DNA of 64,000 nt from an uncultured candidatus Porisulfidus sp. (GTDB lineage Bacteria > Pseudomonadota > Gammaproteobacteria > Poriferisulfidales > Poriferisulfidaceae). The notes below the pieces were generated by a model. The model was not told where the DNA came from. It ran no database searches and saw nothing but the letters and a program-made list of their open reading frames with translations. The position numbers and the translations under genes are program-made. Where the stretch lies: positions 736,001 to 800,000 of the forward strand of contig OZ241993.1 of the NCBI GenBank assembly GCA_965204575.1. The letters run 5' to 3'. Shown here piece after piece: positions 1 to 10,425 of this stretch (the stretch's first letter is position 1; each line of letters begins with the position of its first letter).

Positions 1-384
1 TTCATGGCGCACCTCCAGTCCCTGCGGCGCCGGCGCGCCATTGTGTGCGGCGACTGGAACATCGCACACCGCGAAATCGACCTGAAGAACTGGCGCTCGA
101 ACCGGAAGAACTCGGGTTTCCTGCCGGAAGAACGGGCCTGGATGGGCCAGGTGTTCGGCTCGGGCGGATTCGTGGACGCCTTTCGAGAGGTCGATGCCAG
201 GCCCGAGCAATACACCTGGTGGTCCAATCGCGGCCGGGCCTGGGACAAGAACGTGGGTTGGCGGATCGATTACCAGGTGGTGTCGCGGAACCTGGCAAAC
301 TGTGCCCGCCGTGTACGCATCTACAAGGCGCAGCGGTTTTCCGATCACTCGCCGTTGATCATGGACTACGAACTGCCGGGGTGA
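1..384 (+). CDS. xth: Exodeoxyribonuclease III / Crc-like EEP family protein, 5' partial
   Basis: Motifs CGDWNIAH, SGFLPEER, YTWWSNRG, GWRIDY and SDH. Frame is open to the window start. Confidence 0.9.
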   Translation, partial: FMAHLQSLRRRRAIVCGDWNIAHREIDLKNWRSNRKNSGFLPEERAWMGQVFGSGGFVDAFREVDARPEQYTWWSNRGRAWDKNVGWRIDYQVVSRNLANCARRVRIYKAQRFSDHSPLIMDYELPG

Positions 385-391
385 GGACGGG

Positions 392-1747
392 GTGGAAATT
401 CACACGCTGAGCTGGCGCGAGACGCTGGCCATGTACCGGGACATCCGGATGGTGCGGATCCTGTTGATCGGCACGTTGAGCGGACTGCCGCAGGTCGCAG
501 TGCTGTCCATGATGACCCTGTGGCTGCAGGAGAGTGGATTCAGCCGGACGGACATCGGCCTGTTCGGCTTGGTGCTGGTCGTGTATGCGGTCAATGTCGC
601 ATGGGCTCCCATCGTGGACGCGGTGCGCCTTCCGGTCCTGGCCCGATGGCTGGGTCCCCGACGATCCTGGATCGTTGCCATGCAGACGGTGATCGTCGTA
701 TGCCTGGCCGCGCTGTCGCGCTTGGAGCCCGACGGGCAGCTTGAATGGATCGCGATCTGGGCGGTGGTGCTGGCGGCGGCCGGCGCGACCCAGGACGTTG
801 CCATCGACGCCTTGCGGATCGAACAGTTCCGCGAAGACGAGCCGCGCAAGGTCGGCGGGGGCTCGGCGATGGCGACCTCCGGCTGGTGGGTCGGCTACGG
901 TTTGGGCGGAGGGCTCGCCCTGTGGCTGGTGGAGCGACTGCAGGAAGCCGGGATCGAACGGGCCTGGCAGCAGGGTTATCTATGGCTGATCCTGCTGGTC
1001 GGCGTGCTGGTCGGCCTGTTCCTGTGGCTGGTGCCGGAACCCGATCGCCCCCGGCAGACGGTGAAGCGAACCGTCAGTTGGGGACTTCATCTCGTGAAGA
1101 TGTACGTGCACCCCGTGCGGAGTTTCGTGGTGCGCTACGGAGCGCAGCTCGCAGCCTTCCTGCTGCTGGCGATCTTCCTGTTCAAGGTGGGCGAGGCTTT
1201 CCTGGGGCGGATGTCGCTGGTGTTCTACACCGAAATCGGCTTCTCCAAGTCCGACATCGCGTTGTATTCCAAGGGCTACGGGGCCGTGGCCATCGCCGTC
1301 TTCGCGGTGCTGGGCAGCCTGATCAATGCCCGCTACGGCCTGCTGCGCGGGATCATCATCGGTGGCGTGGCAATGGCGCTGACCAACCTGCTCTTCGCGC
1401 TTCTGGCTTGGTACCCGTCATCAGGGCTGTTCGTGGCCGCCGTGATCGCCGACCAGTTCACCACGGCAATCTCGACGGTTGCGTTCGTCGCCTTCCTGTC
1501 GCAACTGTGCGACCGGAACTGGACGGCCACCCAGTACGCGGCGCTGGCTTCCCTGGGTACGCTGTCCCGGACCCTGCTTGCCGCCGGCAGCGGCATCCTG
1601 ATCGACGGGCTGGGCGGCGACTGGCCGCTGTTCTTCGTCATCACGACTTTGATGGTGGTACCCAGCCTTTTGCTGATCGCGATGAACCGTCGCCGGCTGG
1701 CACCCTTTATGGAAGGGCGGTCAGTGAGTAAAATGGGAGAAGTTTGA
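392..1747 (+). CDS. ampG: AmpG-family muropeptide MFS permease
   Basis: About 12 hydrophobic segments; motifs SGLP, WAPIVD, GPRRSW, ATQDVAIDA and TATQYA. Confidence 0.85.
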   Translation: MEIHTLSWRETLAMYRDIRMVRILLIGTLSGLPQVAVLSMMTLWLQESGFSRTDIGLFGLVLVVYAVNVAWAPIVDAVRLPVLARWLGPRRSWIVAMQTVIVVCLAALSRLEPDGQLEWIAIWAVVLAAAGATQDVAIDALRIEQFREDEPRKVGGGSAMATSGWWVGYGLGGGLALWLVERLQEAGIERAWQQGYLWLILLVGVLVGLFLWLVPEPDRPRQTVKRTVSWGLHLVKMYVHPVRSFVVRYGAQLAAFLLLAIFLFKVGEAFLGRMSLVFYTEIGFSKSDIALYSKGYGAVAIAVFAVLGSLINARYGLLRGIIIGGVAMALTNLLFALLAWYPSSGLFVAAVIADQFTTAISTVAFVAFLSQLCDRNWTATQYAALASLGTLSRTLLAAGSGILIDGLGGDWPLFFVITTLMVVPSLLLIAMNRRRLAPFMEGRSVSKMGEV

Positions 1748-1765
1748 GTTTATCGGAGCAGTGCG

Positions 1766-2488
1766 ATGGAACCGGAAGACGTAGTCCAACACTCGTCCGC
1801 TGAATTTGCTCGATTCCTGAAGAGCGTGCGGGACCACGCTCTGGAGATGGGCGGATTGGCAGAGCAGCACGTCGAGTCGGCGACTCAGGCGTTCCTTGAA
1901 GGGGACCAGAAGCTGGCCAAGAAGATTGCGCGTGCCGACTTCAAGGTCAATGCGCTGGAAGTGAAGATCGACGAGGAATGCAGCGAATTCCTGGCCTTGC
2001 GGCATCCGGTCGCCATGGACCTGCGTACGGTGATCGCGGTGATCAAGGCCACGACGGACCTGGAACGGGTCGGCGACGAGGCGGAGAAAATTGCCCGGTT
2101 GACAGTAGAGCTGGATTACCAAGCGGTCCGGAAGCGGCACCTGCGGGCCGTGAAGCACATCATCCGCCATGTCCGGGCCATGCTGCACAAGTCGCTTGAT
2201 GCGTTTGCCCGGCTGGACACGGATCTGGCACTGGAGGTTCTCAAGGAAGACGCCGAAGTCGACCAGGAATACGAAGCCGGCATCCGCCAGATGATCACGT
2301 TCATGATGGAGGATCCGCACGACATCCGCCTGGTGTTGGAAATCTTGTGGTGCGCCAAGGCGCTGGAACGGATCGGCGACCATGCCGCCAACATCTGCGA
2401 GCATGTGCTGTACCAGGTCATCGGCAAGGACCTGCGGCATGTCTCGATTGAACAGGTGGAGATAGAACTGGCCGAAGCGCAGATCTGA
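1766..2488 (+). CDS. phoU: Phosphate signalling complex protein PhoU
   Basis: Two PhoU repeats (DLERVGDEA, ALERIGDHAANICE) and the PVAMDLR motif. Confidence 0.95.
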   Translation: MEPEDVVQHSSAEFARFLKSVRDHALEMGGLAEQHVESATQAFLEGDQKLAKKIARADFKVNALEVKIDEECSEFLALRHPVAMDLRTVIAVIKATTDLERVGDEAEKIARLTVELDYQAVRKRHLRAVKHIIRHVRAMLHKSLDAFARLDTDLALEVLKEDAEVDQEYEAGIRQMITFMMEDPHDIRLVLEILWCAKALERIGDHAANICEHVLYQVIGKDLRHVSIEQVEIELAEAQI

Positions 2489-2506
2489 CCGGGATACGGC
2501 GGCGTA

Positions 2507-5500
2507 TCAGCCGCCGAAAGCGTACTTGAAGCCCAGTTTGAACCGGCGGCCCTTGGCGTCGTGGGTCAGGTTGTCGTGTGCCGCCTCCCAGTCCACTTGC
2601 GGTGGGTCCTCATCCGCGATGTTGTGGACCGTGAGCGTCAGCGTCGTGTTTCCGGCCGGCGGCTCCCAGCGCAGGCCGATGTCCAGGGTGACGAAACTGT
2701 CGATGTCCGGGTAAAGGCTGCCCGCCCTTCTATCGTCGTAGGCGGAGATGTAGTGCATGTAGAGGCTGGTGGTCCAGTCGCCCGAGGCGTAGCTGGCGAA
2801 GCCGTGCCCTTTCCATCGTGGCAATGGCGGGATGTCGAAGTCGGTGGGGTCGTTGTAGTAGCCGGCCGCTTTGACTTTGTCCCTCAACTGGACCCCCCTG
2901 AAATTCATGGCGTCGACGTCATACTCCAATAGGTAGGTGCCGCCCAGCCCCCATGAGAAGATGCCCTGCTCCTCATCGTGGCGGCCACCCAAATTGAAAT
3001 CCAGCCCGGATGTGCGGATGGTCGGACCGTTGATCATTCGCGTGCGGATCGTCTCGACCTGGCAGGTACTTGGCGTGGTGGCGGCGTGCCCGGTTCCTGC
3101 GGCGCAAACGATAAGGTCATCTACCGGCGAAGCGGTCGCGCTGGTGTTGAACTCCCCATCGCTCGTGTACCAGTTGTTCTCGTAGGCGGCAAGGATGGAG
3201 CCGTGCGGGGTCGCCGTGATGGGGTCGTCGAAGATGTATTTCCAGTAGTCCAGGGTCAACTCCACTCCGCTTCCGAACTCCGCGAACATGCCGATGTTGT
3301 ACGTCAGCGCTTCCTCGGGATCAAGCCCTTTGTCTCCGCGCACCTCGATCGGCTTGTAGGCGCCGTCGACCCATTCCTGCCTGTAGAAAGGATCTTCGTT
3401 CAGGTCGTCCACCGAGGGGGCGCGGAAGGTTGTCTGTACCGACCCGCGCAGGGTGACAGAATCCGATACGTCCCAGAGCAACGCCGCCTTGGGATCGAAT
3501 GTGCTGGATTCGTCGTGTTCCTCGTAGTGGACGGCGAGTTGCGTGCTCATCGTGTCGCTGAGGTCGTGGGCCCACTCGCCGAAGAACGAATGGGTCGTCT
3601 GGTGCGTGGAGTAGGGGTAGTTCCCGACGGTGAAGCCGAACGTGCCGATTTGCCCGTCCGTGAACGCGACCCCAGGACTCTTGTTCTGTTCGGCACAGTC
3701 AAGTTCCTCGTCCGACGCGCTGGGGGTTTGGTCCTTGTTGACCCGGCACGGGTTGATGCTGAGGTCGCCGGCCCGGTTCGGAGTCGCTTCAGCCTCGAAT
3801 CGACGGAACTGGTAGCCGGCGGCAAAACTGCCCATGTCCTCGCCCACATCCCCGGTCAGGGTGAGATCGAACACGTACAGGTCCGCTTCGCTGTCCAGGG
3901 ATACCTCGCTGCCGACCATCCAATCGAGCAATTCCCGGCTGTTTGTCCTCGTCTCGTCGTAGTCGGGATTGGGGCGCGCGGCGAACTCGGCTCCGGGCTG
4001 TTCGGAGTATTGCAGCGCATGACTGTAAGGGTTGTAGTACATGCAGTCGCCCTCTCCGGCACTCTTGCCGGCGATGTCGCCGAGCTTCAGGCCGGACTTC
4101 TTCGTGGGGTCTGGCAATGCCTCCACGCCGCAGTTCGGGCCGCCGAAACCGCGGTACGCGAGAAAGCGCCGGGTGATGTATCCCGCGGGCTGGCCCACGG
4201 TCCCCTCGGAATGCGAGTAGGAGAAGCCCACGTCGTATTCGTACAGGTTGTCGCCGAACAGGCTGATTTCGTCATTGACCGATGCCGATAGGCGCCAGGT
4301 CTCCGATTCCCGCTTCATGAACCGCGCGGGACCCGAATGCCCGACCGTCCGGCCTCTGAAGCCGTAGGGATTGCCGCCGTTTTCGCCGAAAGTTTCGACC
4401 AGCGTATCGTAGGCCGGGTGGTTCATGTCGATGAGGTTGACCTCGTCGGCGTTTGCCCAGGCGGCTGGCGGATAGGATGGCGTATTGCGCCATTCGGGGA
4501 TGTCCGCCTCGGAGTACATCGCTTCCAGGTGGTAGGCCATGCCGGTCTCGAATTCGCCGTTGAGTTCCGCGAAGATCCGGGTGTGGTCCTGCTTCTCGAT
4601 TAGGTTGTCGAACTGGCTGTAGCGGAACCGGCAGGTCCAGGTTTCCGCATATCCGCCGAACTCCTCGCACCGGGGGTCGTTGAACCACTTGACCTGCGTG
4701 CCCGCCGTATCCGTATCGCTGTCGACACGCGTCTCCCCATCTGCCTGCAGCCGGTAGAAAGTTCCCGGGTTGCCCACGCTGGACCAGCCGTTGAGTAGCC
4801 CCGCGAATTCCCGCAGCCCCCAGTCCCGTTCTCCGGCCTGCAATTCCTGTCGCCGATAGTGTTCCGCCGCGACCACCAAGTGCGCGTTATCGCCAACGTC
4901 AACGCCCCAGATGCCTGCGATCGTGCTGTCACCCGCATTCTCGAAAGAATCATGCGAAGCACTCAGTTCAAAACCGTCGAAATCCTTGCGCGTATGGAAG
5001 TTGACCACGCCGCCCATAGCGTCCGAGCCGTAGATGGCGGCCGCCCCTTCTTTAAGAACATCAATGCGCTCGATCGCCACCTGGGGGATCGTGTTCACAT
5101 CCACGAAGCGGCCGCTGACCAAGCGTGCCGGGACGTAGACCTGCCGTCGGCCGTTGATCAGCACCAGTGTGCGCGAGGCGCCCAGCCCGCGCAGGTTCAC
5201 GTTGGAGACCGATTCGGCCAGGTTCTGGCCGGTGCCGTACCAGCTGTTGTTTTCGCCGAGGATGCCGTGGCTCGCGCTCAGGTTCTTGAACAGGTCGACC
5301 ATGGAGGGCGAGCCCTGGAGTTCCAGCAGGCTCCGGTCCATCGTGACCACCTGCATGGAGGCGTCGTTGGCGTCCTGCTTGATGAAACTGCCCGTGACGG
5401 TAATCTCTTCCGCCTCGTTGTTCTCTTCAGGTTCGTCGGCATGCACCGGGAGTGATGCCGCGCCCAGAAAGAGCCCGGCAACCACAAGCCCACACTGCGC

Positions 5501-5569
5501 CAAGCTTAACCGGCGATCAAAACAAGGCGACTGGGCATACCCTTGATATCTGATCGGATTCTCCGCCAT
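2507..5569 (-). CDS. TonB-dependent outer membrane receptor
   Basis: Signal peptide, EEITVTGS TonB box, plug motifs NLRGLGASRTLVLINGRR and IERIDVLKEGAAAIYGSDAMGGVVNF, aromatic C-terminus. ATG at 5569 preferred over the ORF start at 5629. Confidence 0.93.
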   Translation of the reverse strand: MAENPIRYQGYAQSPCFDRRLSLAQCGLVVAGLFLGAASLPVHADEPEENNEAEEITVTGSFIKQDANDASMQVVTMDRSLLELQGSPSMVDLFKNLSASHGILGENNSWYGTGQNLAESVSNVNLRGLGASRTLVLINGRRQVYVPARLVSGRFVDVNTIPQVAIERIDVLKEGAAAIYGSDAMGGVVNFHTRKDFDGFELSASHDSFENAGDSTIAGIWGVDVGDNAHLVVAAEHYRRQELQAGERDWGLREFAGLLNGWSSVGNPGTFYRLQADGETRVDSDTDTAGTQVKWFNDPRCEEFGGYAETWTCRFRYSQFDNLIEKQDHTRIFAELNGEFETGMAYHLEAMYSEADIPEWRNTPSYPPAAWANADEVNLIDMNHPAYDTLVETFGENGGNPYGFRGRTVGHSGPARFMKRESETWRLSASVNDEISLFGDNLYEYDVGFSYSHSEGTVGQPAGYITRRFLAYRGFGGPNCGVEALPDPTKKSGLKLGDIAGKSAGEGDCMYYNPYSHALQYSEQPGAEFAARPNPDYDETRTNSRELLDWMVGSEVSLDSEADLYVFDLTLTGDVGEDMGSFAAGYQFRRFEAEATPNRAGDLSINPCRVNKDQTPSASDEELDCAEQNKSPGVAFTDGQIGTFGFTVGNYPYSTHQTTHSFFGEWAHDLSDTMSTQLAVHYEEHDESSTFDPKAALLWDVSDSVTLRGSVQTTFRAPSVDDLNEDPFYRQEWVDGAYKPIEVRGDKGLDPEEALTYNIGMFAEFGSGVELTLDYWKYIFDDPITATPHGSILAAYENNWYTSDGEFNTSATASPVDDLIVCAAGTGHAATTPSTCQVETIRTRMINGPTIRTSGLDFNLGGRHDEEQGIFSWGLGGTYLLEYDVDAMNFRGVQLRDKVKAAGYYNDPTDFDIPPLPRWKGHGFASYASGDWTTSLYMHYISAYDDRRAGSLYPDIDSFVTLDIGLRWEPPAGNTTLTLTVHNIADEDPPQVDWEAAHDNLTHDAKGRRFKLGFKYAFGG

Positions 5570-5712
5570 CGGGCCCCCTACTTCGTGCCCCCGCCACTTT
5601 ATCATAATACTGAAATACGATTCCCGCAATTTGGCGGCAGTCTGGAGACCGGGTTTCCGCCTCTCGACCTGGACGGCTGAGAGCCTTGGAATATGCGGGA
5701 TCGGCCGGAAGA

Positions 5713-6615
5713 TCAGGCCAGGAGGAATTCCAGCAGGGCCTTTTGCGCGTGCAGCCGGTTTTCCGCTTCTTGCCAGACCACGCTCTGAGGCCCGTCGATC
5801 ACCTCGGCGGTTACTTCTTCGCCGCGGTGGGCCGGGAGACAGTGCATGAACAGGGCATCCGGGGCAGCCCGGGCCATCAGTTCGGCATTCACCTGGTAGG
5901 GTTGAAATACCTGGCAGCGGTCGGAGTGCTCGTCTTCCTGACCCATGCTGGCCCAGACATCGGTGACGACCAACTGCGCGTCGGCGACGGCGGTATTCGG
6001 GTCTTCATGCCACTGAACCTGGTCCGGGGCGCAGTTCAGCCATTCCTCGCCGGGCGTATAGTCGGCGGGCGTGGCGATGCGCAAGGAAAAACCGAACTGT
6101 CGGGCCGCATTGATGTAGGAGCGGCACATGTTGTTGCCGTCGCCCACGAACGCGACCTGAGCGCCGCGGATGTCGCCGCGCAACTCCCGCCACGTCAGCA
6201 AGTCGGCCAGGAGTTGGCAGGGATGCAGCCGGTCGGTCAACCCGTTGATGACCGGCACGGACGAGGCCCGGGCGTAATTCTCGAGTGTTTCATGCGCGTA
6301 GGTGCGCACCATGATCGCGTCGGCCATTGAGGACAGCACCCGCGCCGCATCCTCGACCGGCTCTCCGCGGGACTGTTGCGTGGATTGCGGGGACAGGAAC
6401 AATGCGCTGCCGCCGAGCTGGGCCATGCCCGCCTCGAACGACACCCGGGTCCGGGTCGAATTCTTGTCGAACACCATGGCCAGGGTCTTGCCGGCCAGCA
6501 GCCCCCAGTCGGTTCCGCTTTGGCGCATCTCCTTCAGTTCCACTGCCCGGTCGAGGACGCTGTCGAGCGTGGCCGGGCTCAGATCCATCAGGCTCAGGAA
6601 GTGCTGTACGCTCAT
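5713..6615 (-). CDS. argF: Ornithine carbamoyltransferase
   Basis: Motifs STRTR, HPCQ and FMHCLP. ATG at 6615 overlaps the argD stop. Confidence 0.96.
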   Translation of the reverse strand: MSVQHFLSLMDLSPATLDSVLDRAVELKEMRQSGTDWGLLAGKTLAMVFDKNSTRTRVSFEAGMAQLGGSALFLSPQSTQQSRGEPVEDAARVLSSMADAIMVRTYAHETLENYARASSVPVINGLTDRLHPCQLLADLLTWRELRGDIRGAQVAFVGDGNNMCRSYINAARQFGFSLRIATPADYTPGEEWLNCAPDQVQWHEDPNTAVADAQLVVTDVWASMGQEDEHSDRCQVFQPYQVNAELMARAAPDALFMHCLPAHRGEEVTAEVIDGPQSVVWQEAENRLHAQKALLEFLLA

Positions 6616-7802
6616 GCCGTCCCTCCCGCGGTCTCTGCCAGGAGAGGAATCAGGCGTTCGCAAAGGAGGTCGGCTTCCTCGTCGCTCATCACCAGGGGCG
6701 GCAGGAGCCGCACCACCCGTTCCTGGGTCACATTGATGAGCAGGCGCGACTGCAGGGCCCGCGCGACGAGATCGGGAGCCGGCTCGCTCAGCTCAATGCC
6801 GATCATCAGCCCCCGGCCGCGAATGGACTCGATCCCGGGCAGTTCCGCCAGTGCGGCATGAAAACGTTCCATCAGGGTATTCCCCAGTTGTTCCGCGCGT
6901 TCCAGAAGCTGATCCTTGTCCAGGGCATCAAGAACCGAAAGCCCCACCCGGCAGGCCAGGTGACTGCCGCCGAACGTCGTGCCGTGTTGCCCGGCCGCCA
7001 GGGCGGTCGCTGCCGCTCCCCGTGTCAGGCAGGCCCCGATAGGATAGCCATTGCCGAGTGCCTTGGCAAGCGTCACGGCATCCGGCAGGATGCCGGCATG
7101 CTGGTAGGCGAACAGCCGGCCGGTCCGGCCCATACCGGTTTGCACTTCGTCCAGGGTCAGCAGCACGTCGTGCGCGTCGCACAGCTTGCGCAGGCCGACC
7201 AGGTAATCGTCGTCGACCGGACGGACGCCACCTTCGCCCTGGATGGGCTCGATCAGTACCGCCACCGCGTTCGGGTGCTGGGCAAGGGTGGCCTGCATCA
7301 TGGGCAGGTCATTGAAGCCAACCCGCACGAAACCTTCGGCGTAAGGGGCGAAGCCCTCGCGGACCCGGGCCCCCGACGACGCGCTGAGCGTCATCAGGGT
7401 GCGTCCGTGAAACGCGCCCTCGACCACCAGCACTTCCGGGGACGTGATGTTCTTCCGGGCGGCGTGCAGCCTTGCGATCTTCAGCGCGCATTCGTTCGCT
7501 TCCGCACCGGAATTGCAGAAAAAGGCGCGTTCCATGCCGGAAGCCTCGGCCAGCCGGCCTGCCAGGGCCTCCTGCGGTTCGATCCCGTAGAGGTTGGAGG
7601 TGTGCATCAGGATGCCCGCCTGTTCGCGCAGGACTGCGGTCACGTCGGGATGGCAGTGCCCCAGCGCGCACACGGCGATTCCGGCGACGGCATCGAGGTA
7701 TTCGTCGCCGTTTTCATCCCATAGCCGACACCCTTGCCCACGGACGAAACGTACCGGGAGCCGGGCGTAGGTGGGAAGCAGGGCGGAGTCAGTTTCAAGC
7801 AT
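6612..7802 (-). CDS. argD: Acetylornithine aminotransferase (class III PLP)
   Basis: Motifs [41 protein letters not shown] and HGTTFGG. Coupled to argF. Confidence 0.93.
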   Translation of the reverse strand: MLETDSALLPTYARLPVRFVRGQGCRLWDENGDEYLDAVAGIAVCALGHCHPDVTAVLREQAGILMHTSNLYGIEPQEALAGRLAEASGMERAFFCNSGAEANECALKIARLHAARKNITSPEVLVVEGAFHGRTLMTLSASSGARVREGFAPYAEGFVRVGFNDLPMMQATLAQHPNAVAVLIEPIQGEGGVRPVDDDYLVGLRKLCDAHDVLLTLDEVQTGMGRTGRLFAYQHAGILPDAVTLAKALGNGYPIGACLTRGAAATALAAGQHGTTFGGSHLACRVGLSVLDALDKDQLLERAEQLGNTLMERFHAALAELPGIESIRGRGLMIGIELSEPAPDLVARALQSRLLINVTQERVVRLLPPLVMSDEEADLLCERLIPLLAETAGGTA

Positions 7803-7811
7803 AGTCGTTAA

Positions 7812-7843
7812 GGCAAAGCGGCAGCCGTAGCTGCCGCCTTGCC
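7812..7843. terminator. GC-rich hairpin downstream of the PuuD-like gene
   Basis: GGCAAAGCGGCAGC-cgta-GCTGCCGCCTTGCC inverted repeat; U-tract is weak. Confidence 0.5.
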
Positions 7844-7869
7844 CTCAACAGGGGGTGGTCGCGAGGTAT

Positions 7870-8457
7870 TTAGAAAGCCAACCCCCCGTGGCCGAACGAT
7901 ACCATCGACATCAACATGGGGATCGACAGTAACGTGTTAGTCCGTGACGCTAGCATAGCAGTTTTCTTGGCTTTCGCCTTTTCCTCGTCGGTGGCTTCCA
8001 CCATGCCGAGGACCTTCTTCTGGTTGGGCCAGATCAGTCCCCACACATTGAGCAACATGATGGTGCCGAGCCAGACGCCAATGCCGATGTTCGGGTTGGC
8101 GAGCGTGAAAGCATTGCCAATGCCGATGCCCAGCATCTCCAGCGCGGCCGCGCCGGTCAGCCAGGTCAGCAGAGCCGCCCAGCGGAACCACAGCAGCGCC
8201 TGCGGCGCGATGTATTGGTTGATGGCCGCAGGTCCCGGGCCATCACTGTCCGCGATCGCTGCGGCGACCCCGGGGATCTGCACGAAGTTGAAGTAGTACA
8301 GCAGCCCGATCCAGATGATGCCGACGAAAACATGCGCCCAGACAACCAGCGAGATCCAGTTTAGGTCGATCTTCATGTCGACCAGCCAGCCAAGGACGAT
8401 TGCCAGGACCAGCCCGGAAATCAGGGTGCCTTTGACGGAAGTCAGAGGGTTTTTCAT
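7870..8457 (-). CDS. Membrane protein, urate hydroxylase PuuD N-terminal-like family
   Basis: Motifs HVFVGIIWIGLLYYFNFVQ, ALLWFRWAA, NVWGLIWPNQK and SRTNTLLSIPM. Confidence 0.7.
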   Translation of the reverse strand: MKNPLTSVKGTLISGLVLAIVLGWLVDMKIDLNWISLVVWAHVFVGIIWIGLLYYFNFVQIPGVAAAIADSDGPGPAAINQYIAPQALLWFRWAALLTWLTGAAALEMLGIGIGNAFTLANPNIGIGVWLGTIMLLNVWGLIWPNQKKVLGMVEATDEEKAKAKKTAMLASRTNTLLSIPMLMSMVSFGHGGLAF

Positions 8458-8496
8458 TGAGAGGTCTCCTGCGACATCGCGAACGTGTAGATTGTA

Positions 8497-9411
8497 TCAA
8501 ATGGCTTCCACATGTGCAGCGGATGTTGGGCGCTCAACGGTGGCGAACTCGGTTACATGAGGTTTCCCGACAAAAGCCACATAATTTGCAATAAGTGCCT
8601 CTTTCACTGAATTGCGATTTCTTTCAGATGCCCCAACATGGTAGAAGTGTTCTTTAGTGAGCACATGAAACTCGGACCATAAATCAGCAACGTACTGATT
8701 TTTTCGGTATCTATTGCTATGCCATGTGGACAGGAGAAATTTCGCACTAGATGCACGCAGTATGGCGAATAGCCGTTTTTCTTGTTCTTCTCCCCATCCG
8801 TTGTAGTAGTCGGTATGGCGATCTATGTACGGGGGGTCGCAGTAGATGAAGTCATTTGCAGAGGCTTTTTGGATTGCAGTCTCAAAAGAACATACCTCAA
8901 ACCTCCAGTCGGAGTTGTCGATGAATTCCTGAACCCACTTAATTTGGTTGGTGATTTTGGTTATGTAGGCTTGAGCAAAGCGGTTGGGTTTGTGTCCCCA
9001 TGGCACGTTGAACTTGCCTTTGCCGTTGAAGCGGATCATTCCATTGAAACAAGATCGATTCAAGAAAAGGAAATCCAGTGGATCATTCTTGTTGTTGAAC
9101 CTTTCTCGTATGTGATAGTAATGTTCTCCCCCTATTTCTTTCATATGCTTGCCTTCTTCCTCAAGGTACGCTTTGGCGATGGGCGGGGTGATGGAGTGTT
9201 TTTTGACCGCTTGGTAAAACGCGATCAGGTGGGGGTTGGTGTCACAGAAAAGAGCCTGCGAGGGAGCGATGTTGAAGCCGACCACGCCGGTTCCCATGAA
9301 TGGCTCAATCCATGTGCCTTTTCCATTCCAATCCAAAGCCTCACGGATCCACGGCACGAGTTTTGTCTTGATACCTTGTGACTTGATTGGCGGAACTTTG
9401 ACTGGATTCAT
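8497..9411 (-). CDS. Dam-family N6-adenine methyltransferase, M.EcoRV-like
   Basis: [44 protein letters not shown] and [10 protein letters not shown] closely match M.EcoRV as I recall it. Confidence 0.92.
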   Translation of the reverse strand: MNPVKVPPIKSQGIKTKLVPWIREALDWNGKGTWIEPFMGTGVVGFNIAPSQALFCDTNPHLIAFYQAVKKHSITPPIAKAYLEEEGKHMKEIGGEHYYHIRERFNNKNDPLDFLFLNRSCFNGMIRFNGKGKFNVPWGHKPNRFAQAYITKITNQIKWVQEFIDNSDWRFEVCSFETAIQKASANDFIYCDPPYIDRHTDYYNGWGEEQEKRLFAILRASSAKFLLSTWHSNRYRKNQYVADLWSEFHVLTKEHFYHVGASERNRNSVKEALIANYVAFVGKPHVTEFATVERPTSAAHVEAI

Positions 9412-10259
9412 TTTTTTCGACTCGGTGGACGTTTTTCGACTACTTTGGAAAGGTCGCCCTCTCTGTGGACAACAAAATCCTTGAGTGACCTGATTGGCTG
9501 GCCACTTTCACTCGTGATTTCCCCATAGTTCATCCAATAATCATCGAACCATTTTTCCCCCAGTTTGTGAAACATGCCGTTTCCGGCTTTCATGTCCTCG
9601 ATGTGATTAATGCTGCCAATATTGGCGGTGTTTCCACTTCCGCTTTTATCACTTGCGATGCGCCACTTTTCCACCACGAAAAGTTCAAGATCCCGAATTG
9701 CCGATTCGATGGAATCTATCTCCACAACTGGGTAATGCTCAGGTCTTTCTACGTCTTGTTCTTCTTGGCGGTTGTAGATAATGCCCAGGCAAAAATGGCC
9801 AGAGTACTCGCTATATGGGAACTGAATGTTTTTTGTGCTGAGCCTATCGGTGAAATACTCTCCATGTGAGCCAAGGGTGAAACCATTGCAATATTCTGGA
9901 TTGTTAGGGAGCCTGTATGTGGTTTTAAAATCAAGAGCAAATTTAACACCAGTATTTTCGATGAAGGTAATGTCGGGATAGTAGTTTTGGTGATCTGCCA
10001 ATACTATTTCGTAGTCGTGTATCTTTGCAAAGTAAAACAAATATGGAAGGAGATGAATTTCCAATATCTTCGAAATTAATTTCGTGTCCGATGAGACCGT
10101 ATAGATACGGCGGTCCGCGTCAATAAATCCCTTAATAGCCCACTCTCCGCTTTCTGTCACAATTTGCGCGCTTAATTCGGTCGCGAAATCGGTGATCAAC
10201 CTGCCAAAGCGTTTTTTTGACGCTTCGACCGATTTTCCAGACTTCTTGGCTGATGCCAT
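9408..10259 (-). CDS. Type II restriction endonuclease, EcoRV family
   Basis: SDTK, QNYYPD...DFKTTY (PD-D/ExK), FTLG and [11 protein letters not shown] (EcoRV recognition loop is GSGNTTNIGS). ATGA overlap with the methyltransferase. Start may be 10271. Confidence 0.9.
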   Translation of the reverse strand: MASAKKSGKSVEASKKRFGRLITDFATELSAQIVTESGEWAIKGFIDADRRIYTVSSDTKLISKILEIHLLPYLFYFAKIHDYEIVLADHQNYYPDITFIENTGVKFALDFKTTYRLPNNPEYCNGFTLGSHGEYFTDRLSTKNIQFPYSEYSGHFCLGIIYNRQEEQDVERPEHYPVVEIDSIESAIRDLELFVVEKWRIASDKSGSGNTANIGSINHIEDMKAGNGMFHKLGEKWFDDYWMNYGEITSESGQPIRSLKDFVVHREGDLSKVVEKRPPSRKK

Positions 10260-10337
10260 GTTGGTGCCCAATCGAGATAGAGGCTGTTTTCAATCGATTT
10301 GAACAAGGCCGACAGGGTGGGTAATTTCCCGTGACCA

Positions 10338-10365
10338 TAGTACCCTAAAGTTAGTGCCCTAAAGT
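10338..10365. repeat. Tandem 14-bp direct repeat upstream of the R-M pair
   Basis: TAGTACCCTAAAGT followed directly by TAGTGCCCTAAAGT (1 mismatch). Confidence 0.7.
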
Positions 10366-10425
10366 TTATCTTTGAATTTTCTGCCATTTGTTAAACTGCC
10401 ACGCAGTTCATCTTGGTGCAGACAG

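Noticed and set aside
1766-2488. phoU without pstSCAB
   Set aside because: Unlinked phoU is common, and the pst genes may lie elsewhere.
5570-5712. Fur box or riboswitch upstream of the first TonB receptor
   Set aside because: The AT-rich TTTATCATAATACTG is a poor match to the Fur consensus, and I recognised no aptamer motif.
6327-7724. Long antisense or alternate-frame ORFs (also 2978..4291, 17028..18479, 57237..58226, 58978..60390)
   Set aside because: They lie opposite well-supported genes, as expected from high-GC codon bias, and contain no motifs.
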